Assembly (NCBI RefSeq): GCF_009914755.1
Contig: NC_060942.1
Direction: 5' to 3' (one strand)
Origin: the human T2T-CHM13v2.0 reference genome, Homo sapiens
Length of the DNA stretch: 64,000 nucleotides
Both the position numbers and the translations under genes were made by a program. Positions within the stretch are counted from its first letter, which is position 1. Each line of letters opens with the position of its first letter. Shown piece after piece: positions 34,275 through 49,284 of the stretch. The notes under the pieces are model-generated. The model had not been told where the DNA came from, ran no database searches, and was given only the letters and a program-made list of their open reading frames with translations.

Positions 34275-34363
34275 TGTTATGGATTCAACTGTGTCCTCTC
34301 CAATTCCGTATGTTGAAGTCGTAACCTCCATTACCACAGAATGTGACTGTATTTGAAGACAGG
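34275..34363 (+). mobile_element. MLT1A/B LTR 5' fragment
   Basis: tgttatggattcaactgtgtcc...tatgttgaagtc...gaatgtgactgtatttgaagacaggg. Confidence 0.7.
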
Positions 34364-35730
34364 GTGTGATATTGTGATATAAGAAGAAATATATATTCTG
34401 GTCTTCACTCCTGGCCAAAGCTCCTAAAATGCTTGTCAGTTCCTAAGTGGTAAAGGTAAAAGGAGCATCTATTGTTATTACATTTGGTCTTTGTCCCTGG
34501 TTCCTGAAATAGCACCAGAGTGATACAGGTGAAAGGAGTGTCTTTTAAAATTCCTAAAAGCCCCTTCCACCACACCTGAGTTTATGTTAATAAGGTGACT
34601 TTCAGCAAGCCCCCAGCTAGCTGCCAGATGGGAGCTGGTTAGCTGATGATTAGAGGGTTGAAATTTTCAGCCCTACCTCCTCCACCTGTGGGGAGGTGCG
34701 GTGGCTTGACTCACCCAAACCACATCTCATCTCAAATTGTAATCCCCATAATTTTGTCCCCACCCAAATCTCTTCTTAAACTGTAGTCCCCATAATTTCC
34801 ACGTTGGGGATGGGACTTGGTGGGAGGTGATTGGATCATTGGGGCAGTTTCCCTCTTGCTGTTCTCATGATAATGAGTTCTCACGAGATCTGATGGTTTT
34901 GTAAGTGTCTGACATTTCCTCCCACCCACATTCATTCTGTTCTCTCTCGCCACCTTGTGAAGAAGGTGCCTGCTTCCCCTTCTGCCATGATTGTAAGTTA
35001 CCTGAGGCCTCCCCAGCCATGCAGAACTGTGAGTCAATTAAACCTCTTTTCTTTATTCAGGCAGTTTTTTATAGCAGTGTGAAAATGGACTAATACAGGA
35101 GGGGAGAGGAGACTGGAGGTTGAGTTAATCGCAAATGGCCAATTATTTGATCAGTTACGCCTAGTAAGGAAGCCTCTATAGAAATCCAGAAGGACAGGGT
35201 CTGGAGGGCATCCTGGTTGCCAAACACATGGATGTGTCTGGAGGGCAGCAAGTCCACAGAGGGCAGGGAAGCTCCCCACCCTTCCCACATTCCTTGCCCC
35301 ATGCATCTCTTCCATCTGGCTGTTCATCTGTATCCTTTGTAATATCCCATTTAATAAACTGGTAAACATTAAGTATTTCCTTGAGTTCAGTGAGCCATCC
35401 TAGTAAATTAATCTAATGCAAGGAAGGGGTAGTGGGAACCCTGATTTATAACTGATTGGTTAGAAGTATAGGTGACAACCTACTACTTGTGACTGGCATC
35501 TGAACTGACAATCCCATTGGGGGGCAGTCTTGTGGGACTAAGTCCTAACGTGTGGGATCTGATGGTATCTCCAGGCAGACAGTGTCAGAATTAAGTTAAA
35601 CTATAGCACAGTTACTTGGTGTTTGCCAGGGCATTGGTTGCTGATGGAGAGATATCCCCACACATTTTGGGGTGAAGTGTTGAGTGTTGACCGTGTGAGA
35701 GGAGAAATAGTGTTTATTTTTCTGATACAC
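34364..35730. mobile_element. MER21-family LTR, split by a THE1/MST insertion
   Basis: Starts tgtgatattgtgatataagaagaaatatata. ttagagggttgaaattttcagcc...ggaggggagagg is continuous across the insert. Contains tttaataaactggtaaac. Confidence 0.8.
34697..35097 (+). mobile_element. THE1D/MSTA-like MaLR solo LTR nested in MER21
   Basis: Contains gccatgattgtaagttacctgaggcctccccagccatg and ends ggactaataca. 5-bp TSD ggagg at 34692-96 and 35098-102. Confidence 0.9.
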
Positions 35731-35915
35731 TTGTTTTGAAACTTTGTATCTTGATAAGTTTATTCTGAATCTTGTGAAAGGATAAATATACAGTAATAGC
35801 CAAGTCCATTTAAAGAAAGAACAGTGAGCTACAAAGATATGTTAGAAACTATTAGAAAAAAATATATTAGAAATACATCATTTTCTCAGCACAGGAATAA
35901 ACAATTGGATTAATG

Positions 35916-36355
35916 TGTTGACCTGAAAGGAAGAGGCTGAGGCATCTTTAGTTGAGCCAAAGTGAGGACAGCTGCCTGGGACACACTTCCACGTTGCCCT
36001 GGGGCGTGCTCCCATAGCCTTTGCTGCAAGCAGATTTTTAAAGGGAACAGGAGTGGGCTGGACGAAGTTGTTTGATAGGAATTCTCATTGGTTGACAGAA
36101 ATAACATGATTTGTGATTGGCTATACACTGTTGAACTACAGGGTAGGAGTTAAGGCGTCCAACGTGTGGCATCTTATAGCTACTCAATGTCAGTCCAGAG
36201 CCCCTTAACAAGTGGCTTCAAGAGGTAATTATTTAGCTCAAGGGGGATGGATGTGGCTGCTGATTCATTCCAGTGCCTCTCTGAGCCTGATGGTTTAAAG
36301 GGACTTACATTCCTTGGGTTAAGTTTATTTTCTTCTTCCTTTTGTTTCTTCCACA
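35916..36355 (-). mobile_element. Solo ERV1-class LTR inserted in an old L1ME
   Basis: TG...CA ends, perfect 4-bp TSD aatg (35912-15, 36356-59) and attgg boxes. Confidence 0.75.
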
Positions 36356-36535
36356 AATGGAACAAAACAGGAAGTCGAAAAACAAATTCACATATGCATA
36401 GGAATTTAGTATTTTATAAGAAATGTCACTTCCAGTCAGTAGGAAAGGAAATATGATTCAGTGTTGGGAAAGTTGGTTATCTATTAGGAGGAAAAAATAA
36501 GTTGCAACCTTACCTCATACCACTTACAAAGATAA

Positions 36536-36962
<427 letters not shown>

Positions 36963-37089
36963 TGAAGTCTCATAATTTGATTACCACATAATCAAACACT
37001 CCCGGGTGACAATGCCCCAAGTGCTCAACCTCATTAAATATTGAAACCAAGAGATGCTATGCTTTACCTGTCAGATGGACAAACTCTCC

Positions 37090-38680
<1,591 letters not shown>

Positions 38681-38832
38681 GCTACAAAACAATACTTTGT
38701 ATTTTCTATTAATATCTGAGTACAAATATAAATGAAACAAGTCTGGAAGGAAATGTACCATACTGGCAGCATTGGTTATATGTGGGAAGGACATTGAGCT
38801 CAGGGCAGTTAAAGAAAGTTTTAGCTTCAGAA

Positions 38833-39130
38833 TATTTATTTATTTAGACAGAGTCTTGCTCTGCTGCCCAGACTGGGGTACAGTGGCATCATCATAGTTC
38901 ACTGTAACTTCAAACTCCTGGGCTTAAACAATCCTCCTGCCTTAGTCTCCTGAGTAGCTGGGACTACAAGTTCATGCTACCACACCTGGCTAATTTTAAA
39001 AATATACATATTTTGTAGAGACAGGGTTTTGCTGTGTTACCCAGGTTGATCTTGAACCTGGCCTCAAGCGATCCTCCTGCTTCAACCTTCCAAAGTGCTG
39101 GGATTACAGGTGTGAGCCACTGTGCCCGAC
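38833..39130 (-). mobile_element. AluJ
   Basis: AluJ features aactcctgggcttaaacaatcctcc and tttgtagagacaggg. Confidence 0.88.
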
Positions 39131-39799
39131 ACTTATTTTATTGTTTTTACAAGGAACATGTTCATATATTTTTATGAATTTAAGAATAATTTAGAAAATA
39201 ACTTGGCAGTATTCAGGGCATAACTTGGGTGGTTTACTTTGGGTGAACATCAGTGCAGGAGGCAGATAATTTGTCTATCTTTGCTTTCTACTAAGAGGCA
39301 TTTGGCAAGTGGAGAGAGCTCGACTGACTTTACTAAGAGTCAGAAGTCCTAGGCTGGAGCCCCAGCTCTCCCATGTCTCATCTCTTTGAACCCTGAACTC
39401 CTCAGCTGCCCAGAGAGATCATGTCCCTGTCTTGCCTCCTCAGGGAGTTTCTGTGCAAATGAAATGGGGTTGTGAGTTTGGAAGCCGTCTCTGAGCTGCT
39501 CGCCCTGGGCACAGATCAGGAAGCATTTGGGCTTCCCCTTTGGATGGCCAGTGAGCCAGGCAGGGGAGGGTCCCCTGCCAGTGACCCCGGTAGGGCTCAG
39601 CAGCCCCACTGTGTTCCAGGGCTGCAGACAGAGCCATCAACCTCCTCCCCACTGCTGCCACCCCAAATCTCCCTGTGGGGACAGCCAGGATAGGGTGGGT
39701 GGCTCCAGCACCCCATCCTCACTCCGGGAAAACTGGCTCATGGTCATCATCACTTTAAAGGAGAGACCACATGATGGTGAAATGCAGGGCGATTCTGTG

Positions 39800-40590
39800 G
39801 CTGATGCATATTTGGGAGTACATCCCTCTTCCAGCACTTTCCGCCTATGTCACCTTGGACGAGGTGCTTAATCTTCCTGAGTGGCAATTTTCTGGTGTAA
39901 GATGGGACGGAGAGTAGCAAGGGTTGTTGTGAGGGTTTAGCAATGAAATGTAACCAAAGCCTGGGTGTAGCAGGTTCTCAGGAAGTGGTAGCTTTGTATG
40001 TGTGTGTGTATGTGTGTGCACATGTGTGTGCTTGTGTGTGACAGCAAATAACAAGCAATAAGTGACAGTGGAGAGAACAGGTTGATGACAGGTTTTGTTC
40101 TGGACAATAGGAAAGAAGTGAATATTATCTGGCTCTGCCCAGCCCTGCTAAACAAGTCTCCACAGGTGATGCCAATTTGGAGTGTCAACTTTGAGCAGTC
40201 ATGCATCCAGCAGCACTTTCTCCAGGGCTAGCCTTTCCATAGATGGATCCCTAGGGCATGGTTCCCAGAGGCCCGCAGAGCCCTCCTGTCCACCCTGCCT
40301 CCAAAGAATTCTCCTACCCATTAGCGGATGCCCCAATCCTCTTTGGAAAGCTACATTCTTAAGTTCAAGGCTTTGATTCCCGGCAATGCTCTCCCACAGT
40401 GGGAGACTGCTTTACACTTCAGAAGGTGCTTTTCCATCCCCTGTTGCATTCTTCCCCTGATAACTGTGATGTAGAGATACAGCTGGAGAAACGGGGAGGT
40501 TAAGTGACTTGCCCAGGGCCATTCAAGGGTCCCTGGAAGAACTGGGGAAAGTGGTAACCAGAATCTTGGGTACCTTATTGGATGCTTGAT
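39800..40590. mobile_element. Two MIR fragments plus degenerate (TG)n at about 39997-40040
   Basis: tgtcaccttggacgag...tgtaagatggg...gttgttgtgaggg and gaggttaagtgacttgcccaggg. Confidence 0.6.
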
Positions 40591-41524
40591 CTCCAGATAC
40601 CTGGGAACCAAAGCCCCAAAGCTGAGCTTGACTGAGAGCTCTGCCTTGGACTGTTTCTGGTCATCACTTGCCTTAGAAGAGGCGATGCCAACTTGGTCTG
40701 AAACCCTGGCCTTTTCAGGAACCATTCAATGGAGTTGGGTGTTCAGGGAGGAACACAATCACTTCTAAGACATACCCCAATCAGAGACAGGCTCCCAGCC
40801 ATGCCTAAGAACAGAATGGATAGCGCAGCCAGAGGGGACTGCTCACTTCTCCAAGTCCAGGAAACTATAATGCCTGCACTGCTTTTTGGCTCATCAATCT
40901 GGCATTCCCAGCAAAGGTCGTGCCTTAAATAGCAGTGGTATCTGCTATTTAACTTGCCCATTTTCATGTTAACCTCATGTTTCTGCACTCTGTCTAACTA
41001 GAAAGTAAGCATGTGCCTTCCCTGGTGTGAGCTGAGCAAACACTTGTCCAGTTCCACTTACCTGCAGGCCGGAGGTCTCCAGGCTGGAGATGGCTTTGGT
41101 TGAAGCTGGTGCTTCTGCCTCTGGAAGGACTCTGGCCAAAGTTGTTGTTTTACAGCCCAGGAAGGTCTTCTGCATGTTTTCCCACAAGAAAAGGAAGAGG
41201 GTCCCCCCTCATGGGCAGGGGCATATTTAAACTGCCTCTGAGGTTAACCCTGGAAACTTTCCATGCTACCTAAGTGATCCCTGGCAAGAGACTTGATTAT
41301 GTGGCAATGAGGTAGAGGTTTGGCTTATCCCTGCCCATGCTGATGCTGATGTCTGATATTCCAGTTTCAGAGTCAATAAGCCGGGGGTTGCATCTTGCCT
41401 AACTTAACAACTGAGTCATGGCAAGGGCCCTGTCTTTCTTGTAATCCCAGCATCCCTGAGTTAGATGGACGATAACTGTTGGTTGATATCAGGTGTCAAT
41501 ATCTAGGCTCAGTGAAGATTTTTG

Positions 41525-42700
41525 AATGATTATAAAATACTTAAGATGTAGAAAAAGTATAAGAAAGAATGTAATACACCCCCATGAACCCATCACCCAG
41601 CTTATAAAGTAAAGTGTTACAAATACAATTAAAACTCTGGCATATTCTTCCTCTCATCAACAACCTTGGCCAGAGTCCTTCCAGAAGCAGAAGCACTGAA
41701 CCTCCCTTACTTCCTATCTTCCCAACATGGGTAACCACTCTAATTAATTTGTTATTTATCATTCCCATGTATCTCTTTATTTTTTTGCTACATGTGTAGG
41801 TGTTTCTAAATTTTATTTACACACACACACACACACACACAATGTGTTGATACATGTAGTTGTAGTTTATTCATGTTCACTGCTGTATAGTATTCCATTA
41901 TGTGAAAATACCACAATGTATCCATCTGGTTGACAGGCATCTAGGCTGTTTCCCAGGTCTTTTGTCTTTGCTTTTGTTATAAATCATGCTGCAGTGACTA
42001 TCCTTGTACATATTTCCTTTTGAAGACCTGAGGGATAGGATAAGTGTCTAAGAGCGATGGTGCTGGATTGTAGAATATGTGCACTTTTGATATTTCTTTC
42101 CACTTTTATTAGCAGTGTGTATGTGTTAGCATTTCTCAACATACTTGACATTAAGTTTAATTGGATTTAAAACTGTCAGTGATATGAAATGTACAGTAAC
42201 TTCAAAAATTAATTTAGGCAGAACTGACATCTTTGTAACATTGAATCATTGTATTCACAAGCTTGGCATATCTATTTAACTTCTTCAATATTAAGTTTCG
42301 TACTTTTTTCCATTGATGTTTTATACATCTTCAGTTAGATTTATTTATTCGTTCTTTATATTTTTGTTGCTTTTGTAAGAAGTATTCTTTTCTCCAGCAG
42401 TCTTTTTTATTGAGGTATAATCACATACAATAACACACACTTAGGTGTACATATGCATATAGTTCTGACATATGTATCAAAACTCTCTTTTTGACAATTG
42501 TATATACCTGTGGAATAACCACCACCCCTCACAAACTGTAGACATGTGCATTTCCTGGGAGAGGTTCCCTTATATTCTTTTCCAGTCAATGTCCGCCTGC
42601 CCCAGAGGCAATCACTGTTTCGATTTCTATCACAAGATACCCTTTAAAATTGATGTTTAACTTTTTGTGGTTATTCAATATATATTTTTCTATGAAGTCC
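41525..42700 (-). mobile_element. Old L1ME/L1MD fragments with (CA)n at 41819-41841
   Basis: ctgctgtatagtattccattatgtgaaaataccaca and ttttttattgaggtataatcacataca. Confidence 0.65.
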
Positions 42701-43629
42701 TTAATCTTATGCTCTCATTTCTGTGAAGGCCCACATTTCCCAAGTACACATGTTCATATGTATTATTGCTATTTCCCATAAGTTTCAGCCCCTCCCCTGA
42801 GAATATCTTCAGAAGGGAGATGGGGAAGGGAAGGGCTCTGCATATCCACAGTGGAGAACTAAACTCATTTTTAGGCAAAAGCCCATGAAGGTTTTCTCTA
42901 GCTTTCTAATACTTAGAAAATGAGCGACTTACAACTATCAGTAAACTCACTTTGCTACCTTTCAGTTAATTATCTCAGAGGAAGATAGAAATCACATCCT
43001 CACATCAAGCTTGTCTGGATGTAATCACTGACTCAGACATTTGGATTGGAAGAGTGTTCTGGGCAAATGAACATTCTTCTGGGTAGATACATCTAGTCAC
43101 AAACATGTTTGACTCAGCAGCCTTTGTTTTCTGTGCTGCAAGAATGGAAGGCAACCCGTGGGCACCTGAGCTCAAGCTCAAGTTTCATCATCTGTAACGT
43201 AAATGGAGCTAATTTCCATTTCGATTTGGTTGGTGTTGTGTCCTCCTTTCCCAGTGTGTCTCCTTCAATCCTCAAATTACTTCTTTGGGGGTCGGTATTC
43301 TCCCATTTTACGGATGATGAAACTAAGGCCAGTGGAGGTTAAGCAACTACTGAGAGGTGGCATCATAATAATATCCAATCATTTACCCTCCAAGGCTGCT
43401 CTAAAGATCCAGTGAGATAATAGATGAGAAAGGGCCCTGAGAGCTGTGCTGGTTAGTTTATCACACCTGCCAACCCCTGCCAGCTCCCAGCAAACCATGT
43501 AACTGAGAGGAAAATATTTACTAAGCAGATATGCTGGTTGTCATCATCGTTATCATCGTTGTCATCCTTGCTACTCCTACTGATTATTATGTGCCAGGCA
43601 TTGTGCTGGGGGTTGATCCTACGTTAGTT

Positions 43630-44110
43630 TCACTGGGAGATTGAAGCCTTTGACCTTGGCCTACAAGGCAGATACTCTGGCCATTGGTCACCACCTCGCT
43701 GACTCCAGCGTCCTTCTATCCTCTCAAGCCTCAGAGCCTCCCCCTGTTTTGAGAATGTCCATTTGCTGTTCCTCCTGCCTGAGACTGTCCTTCCCCAGGG
43801 AGTTTCTGTGTCCTGCACCCTCATTTCACTCCAGTCTTTGCTCAAAGAGGCTTTCCTGATCCTTCCCTGAAATAGCACACACTCCACACCCCAACCTCAG
43901 TTACTTCCCACGTCCTCACCTGGTACTTTTCTTTACTGAACCTACTGACCCTAAGTACATATCCATTTATGAACTGTCAGTTTCCTCCATTTGAATGTAA
44001 GCTCAGTGAGGACAGGGACCTCTCTCCATTTGTCCACTGCTGCTCCCAGTGCCTAGCACAGGGCCCAGCACACAGCAGGGCCCTGATCAGGATGTGCTGT
44101 TGGTGAATAG
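43630..44110 (+). mobile_element. L2 3' portion
   Basis: gaatgtaagctcagtgaggacagggacc...cccagtgcctagcacagggcccagcacacagcagg. Confidence 0.75.
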
Positions 44111-45879
44111 CGGCAGAACCCACCACTGTCACTGAGCACAGGGGAATGCCTGCAGTCTCCACAACCACTCAGTCACTGACCCCTGATTCTTATTCCTGTC
44201 TACTCATCACTGGGGGCTCTTGGGCCTACAGAACTGGAAGGAGACTCTCTAATGCAGGGTGACCAGGGGACCCAGTGAATGAATTTTTCAGAGAGAACCA
44301 TGACTGGCCCCTCGCAAAGGCTCCACTCTGGAGTCCAGCCGGGCTTGCTGGCTGCTCCATGCTGGACAGGCACCTCTGTGGCTGGACTCAGAAAATTCCA
44401 ACGCTTCTGTCAGGGCAGATCATGGGGCAGCCAAGTGCAGACAGGCGAACTAAGGAAACACAGTGGAATAAAACCAAACAAACTGGTGGAAAAGCAAGGG
44501 AGACAGCCCACGAGTGAGTCCTGGGGCTGCGTTGAGAGAAACCAGAGAGCCTTTGCAAGGAGAAAGTATCAGCTAAATAATGGCATTAATTCACCTTCTC
44601 TGCCCAGTGCCCTCTAGGCCACAAGATAGCGTTTAGGGAGCATTTTCCAAGACAGTCCACTGACTTCATGGGGAATGAATGGCTCCCATCAACTGCATTT
44701 AGCTCCTGGGTCTGCAGGAGCTCAGAACACTCAGAAGGTTTCATGGCCTGGAATGTACCTTCCTGACAAATACTAGGTAACTGCAGCTGGGGGTGAGACA
44801 CGGGGAACAAGGCAGTGGCAGGTGTGCATCTGTGCACGCTCACCACCTCCTCAGAGCCCTCCCGGTCTTTATGGTCTGCCCAATCCTCACCAATGTGGTG
44901 GAGAGGGAAGGTACCCAAGGCCACTGTGACTGTGTCTAGAGTCACCCTTGCCAGGCCCTGTCCACTTTACCAGGAGTCATGGGTGGCTTGATTTAGAATT
45001 CACATCTTCCTGCCTCTCCCCCTACTACGAGTTTTTTCTTGAATTTGCAAGGATGGATTAATTCTCTAGGAGCATCTTGGGCCTCCTTGCCTGCATTATA
45101 TTTTATGATGTTTAATCTAGTGAAATGGGATTAAAATAGTGTGACCCTACACCCCGACTTGCCTGAGACGGGCCTACCTTATGCCTGTTGTCCTGGCTTA
45201 ATTATTAATAGTTCCCCTTTGACTCTCAAAAGTATCCAGCTTGAGCAATAACCGATAGGGTCACCCTGGCTCAAAGAATTATCAAAAACTGCCTAAAAGA
45301 GGAACAAAGTCAGCTTGGGTGTTCTGGGTGGAGGGAGCTTTGTCCTAAACTGGGCCTTGGTCTGGCGGATGGGCCAGGCTGAGGTCTCTGGGCCTCCTGT
45401 CCTTCGTGGCAAGAGCTGGGCCCTCTTCTGGATCCTGACCTTGCCACCTCCCAGAGCCCCTGCTGCCCACCTGGTCTCTTGTCACAGAGCAGCTCTGACC
45501 CTCTGTCCCCTCTGACTTTGAATGCACTGCAGTCTGTGTGAGGGCACAGGCCGGAAAGACCCCACCCACTCCTAGAAACAATGTCTTCCTTTCTGAGCCC
45601 TTCGCCTCTTCGGCATCTCCTGGGATCATTTTCTCCTCCATCTTGTCTCCCTTCTGTCCTGAATTGCGGAAAGGATGAGATCAAGAATTTGGCGACCAAA
45701 CCGAGCCAGTGTGCGACAGCCAATGTGTGGCTCTGGATGAGCAGGACGGAGGGAAGGGAAGATAAACGTGAGAGCCAGGGCAGACTTGGAGACCCTCTTG
45801 GGCCCCATTGCAGATGAGGGGGTGAGGTCAAGAGGTCACTGACCATTCACCGTCCCACTGTCCAGCATCCACTGCGGGC

Positions 45880-46560
45880 CGGGTGCTTTTCTCAGTGTGG
45901 AGGTAGAGTGGTGATAAAGACGCTTGCCTCTGCCCTCAGAGCAAAACCAAGTGGAAGCAAACTGAGAGGAAAGACGGCATTCAGAATAAAGGCCATAGAG
46001 ACCGTGATGCCATAGAGCGGTTGGTGGCGGGCCAGTGAGTCAAGGGCGAGTCTCTCTGTGAAGATGACATTTGGGCAGAGACATGAATGAGGAGACAGAG
46101 TTGGGGAGGATGCCAGGCAGGGCAGAAGCCTGGCAGGGGCCGGGGGTAAGAGCTGGGGTTTGCTGAGCAGCTGAGGGCAGCAGGTAGGGCGGGGCCGGCA
46201 GGGATGGGTGGGGCTTTCTCAAGTGGGCGGGGATGTGGGTGGGGCACCTCGGGATGGGCGGGGAGGTGGGAGGGGCTGGAGCAGGCAGAGCAGATGAAGC
46301 CAGAAGGACTGGGAATGTTTCTCCAAATGCAATGGAAAGCCACTGTAGAATTTTAAGCAGGGGGTTGACTTGAGGTGGCCGTTGTGTTAAGAACAGGCTC
46401 CAGGGTGGCAGGAGTGGAAGTCAGAAGACCACTGGGAGGCTGTGGCAGTGCCCAGGTGGCCTGGACTAGGGCGTCAGTGTCAGGGAGTGAAGGAGTCGGC
46501 CTGGGATGTGTTGTGGGGATGCTGCCAACAGGAATTGCAGGGTGATGGGCTGGGGCAAAA
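45880..46560 (-). mobile_element. L2 remnant
   Basis: aatgcaatggaaagccactgtagaattttaagcaggg...cagtgcccaggt...ggcctggactaggg. Confidence 0.6.
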
Positions 46561-46617
46561 AGAGTAAGAGGAATCCAGCCAGGGTCCTGTGTCCGCCTGG
46601 CAAATTTACTCCATTGA

Positions 46618-46983
<366 letters not shown>

Positions 46984-47931
46984 AGTGGTATTTGTTTTTA
47001 ATCACCACACAGAGCTATTGTGAGGACCAAATAAAGAAATGGATGTGAAGGCGTGCTGCGAACTGCGCCATGTGGGGTGTTTTCTCATTGTTCAGGTAGC
47101 ATTCAGCGTGAGGCCGGTGTTTTCACAGCCTCTCCTCCTCCCCCACCCCCAGTGCCATTAACATCAACTTGGAGTTTCCCGAGGGATGATTTAGCTTCCT
47201 GATGGTCCAGAAGCTGCCCTGACTCTTTCTCCTGCTGGCTGATGGGGGTGGGTTTCCACAATGCAAAGTGCCTACAAGCTGTCAACAAGTTCAAGCTGAT
47301 CAACTCCAGGGGAGAAGGTGGTAGGCATTGGGGATAAGAGGCTATGACATCTCAGGAGGGTTTATTCATCCTTGGGGCACGTCCTTCCAATACTATTCAC
47401 AAACTTACAGTGATTTAGAGACCCTCTGTTGGGCGGGACTAATGATGTTGGTACCGGTGCTCTGGTCAGGGTTTCTCAAAGTGGCCTCCCTTGAGATACT
47501 CAGTGATAAAGGGTCTGTTCCCTGGTCACCTCCCTTTGGGGAGCTGCCGCACCTGTGCACTGCATCTTCCTCTTTCAGCTGACCAGTGAGTGTTTAGCCT
47601 TTTGAAAGCTCTGAGAAGCCCTGCAGTGAAGAAACCTATAGAACCCTGAGTATGTCCCAAACTGACTTCACCACGAACCCCCAAGCCCTTATTTCACCCC
47701 TAAGAGCTGCTGGGGGGACTGGGAGGGATGTGTTGAGAGAGTGGGGGTCACGCCCAACATCCAGCTTATTCAGGATCAGCCTTGTGCTGGGAAATCCAGG
47801 CCTTCTCGGAGCATGTGAGCGTCCCCCCTCCCCCTAACCTGTTGTAAGGAGCTTACAGTCTGGCCAGGGACACAGTACCGGGGGCTGGGGGCGGGGCCCA
47901 TCAACTGCGTGGGGCCACTCTGGCTGCAGGA

Positions 47932-47934
<3 letters not shown>

Positions 47935-47984
<50 letters not shown>
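47935..47984. repeat. (GT)25 microsatellite
   Basis: Perfect dinucleotide run. Confidence 0.97.
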
Positions 47985-47986
<2 letters not shown>

Positions 47987-48411
47987 GGGGTGGGGGGCTG
48001 GTTAAAGGAAGGCTTAAAGGGCTCCGAGGATAGTCTGTCCAGATGGAGGCAGAGAGTGAAGGGTGAGGTGGGGTTCCTGTGCAAGGTCAGGGGGCAGGGG
48101 ACGTGTTGGGGTCGGTCTGGCTGCCTGTTCAAAGCCTACCTCCACCATGCAGGAGCTCCCTGAGGCTGGGCTATTCTCCCGCCCTGCGGGTTTCGGGTTC
48201 CTTATCTGAACAGGAGGTGCTGATAATTAGCACCTGGGGAGCTTGGATGAAGGCCTGCCAGAGGAAGCTCTCAGTGAATATCTACAGTTTTCCTGTAAGT
48301 TAAAGCCACTTCCTCCTCAGGTGCCTCCCTGGGATATGGGAGTCCCTCTGCGGGGGCGGCGGAAGAGGCCTCAGAACTCCGCAGTGGCTCACCTTAGAAA
48401 TTAGGGCACCG

Positions 48412-48717
48412 GGCTGGGCATGGTGGCTCATGCCTATAATCCCAACACTTTGGGAGACCGAGGCAGGTGGATCACCTGAGGTCAGGAATTCAAGAGCAGC
48501 CTGGCCAAGATGGTGCAACCCTGTCTCTACTAAAAATACAAAAATTAGCTGGGCGTGGTAGTAGGCGCCTGTAATCCCAGCTACTCGGGAGGCTGAGGCA
48601 GAGAATTGCTTGAACCCGGGAGGCGAAGGTTGCGGTGAGCCGAGATTGAGACACTGGACTCCAGCCTGGGCAACAGAGCGAGACTCCATCTCAAAAAAAA
48701 AAAAAAAAAAAAAAAAA
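48412..48717 (+). mobile_element. AluS (Sq/Sx-like)
   Basis: Dimeric Alu with long poly(A). agggcacc at both flanks. Confidence 0.93.
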
Positions 48718-48732
48718 GAGGGCACCAGGGTC

Positions 48733-49042
48733 GCAGGCGCAGTGGCTCACGCCTGTAATCCCAGCACTTTGGGAGGCCGAGAAGAGCGGATCACGAGGTC
48801 AGGAGTTCAAGACCAGCCAGTTCGAGACCAGCCTGGCCAACATGGTAAAACCCCGTCTCCACTAAAAATACAAAAATTAGCTGGGTGTGGTGGCGGGTGC
48901 CTGTAATCCCAGCTGCTCGGGAGGCTGAGGCAGGAGAATTGCTTGAACCCAGGAGGTGGAGGTTATAGTGAGCTGAGAGCGCCACTGCACTCCAGCCTGG
49001 GTGACGGAGAAAGACTCTGTCTTGGGAAAAAAAAAAAAAAAA
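48733..49042 (+). mobile_element. AluSg-like, tandem to the previous Alu
   Basis: ggatcacgaggtcaggagttc, an internal duplication agttc(a/g)agaccagcc, and poly(A). Confidence 0.9.
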
Positions 49043-49284
49043 CGAGGGGACCATGTGGTCGGGAAATGCGCAGGGCCAGGGCTTGCCCAGCTCATCCCAA
49101 ACTGTGCCTGCTGCCCTCGCCAGACCTCCAGCTGGTCTCATTCAGGGCGTCTGCGTCGTTCTGAGGTGCTGCCTAGGGGCAGGGGCAGGTGGGGATGAGG
49201 GCGCAGTCCCCCTCCATGAAATGGCAGAGCCTAAGCCCCGGCCATTGCCGGTCTTCAGCAAACGGCAAACTTGCCAGACAGGCT

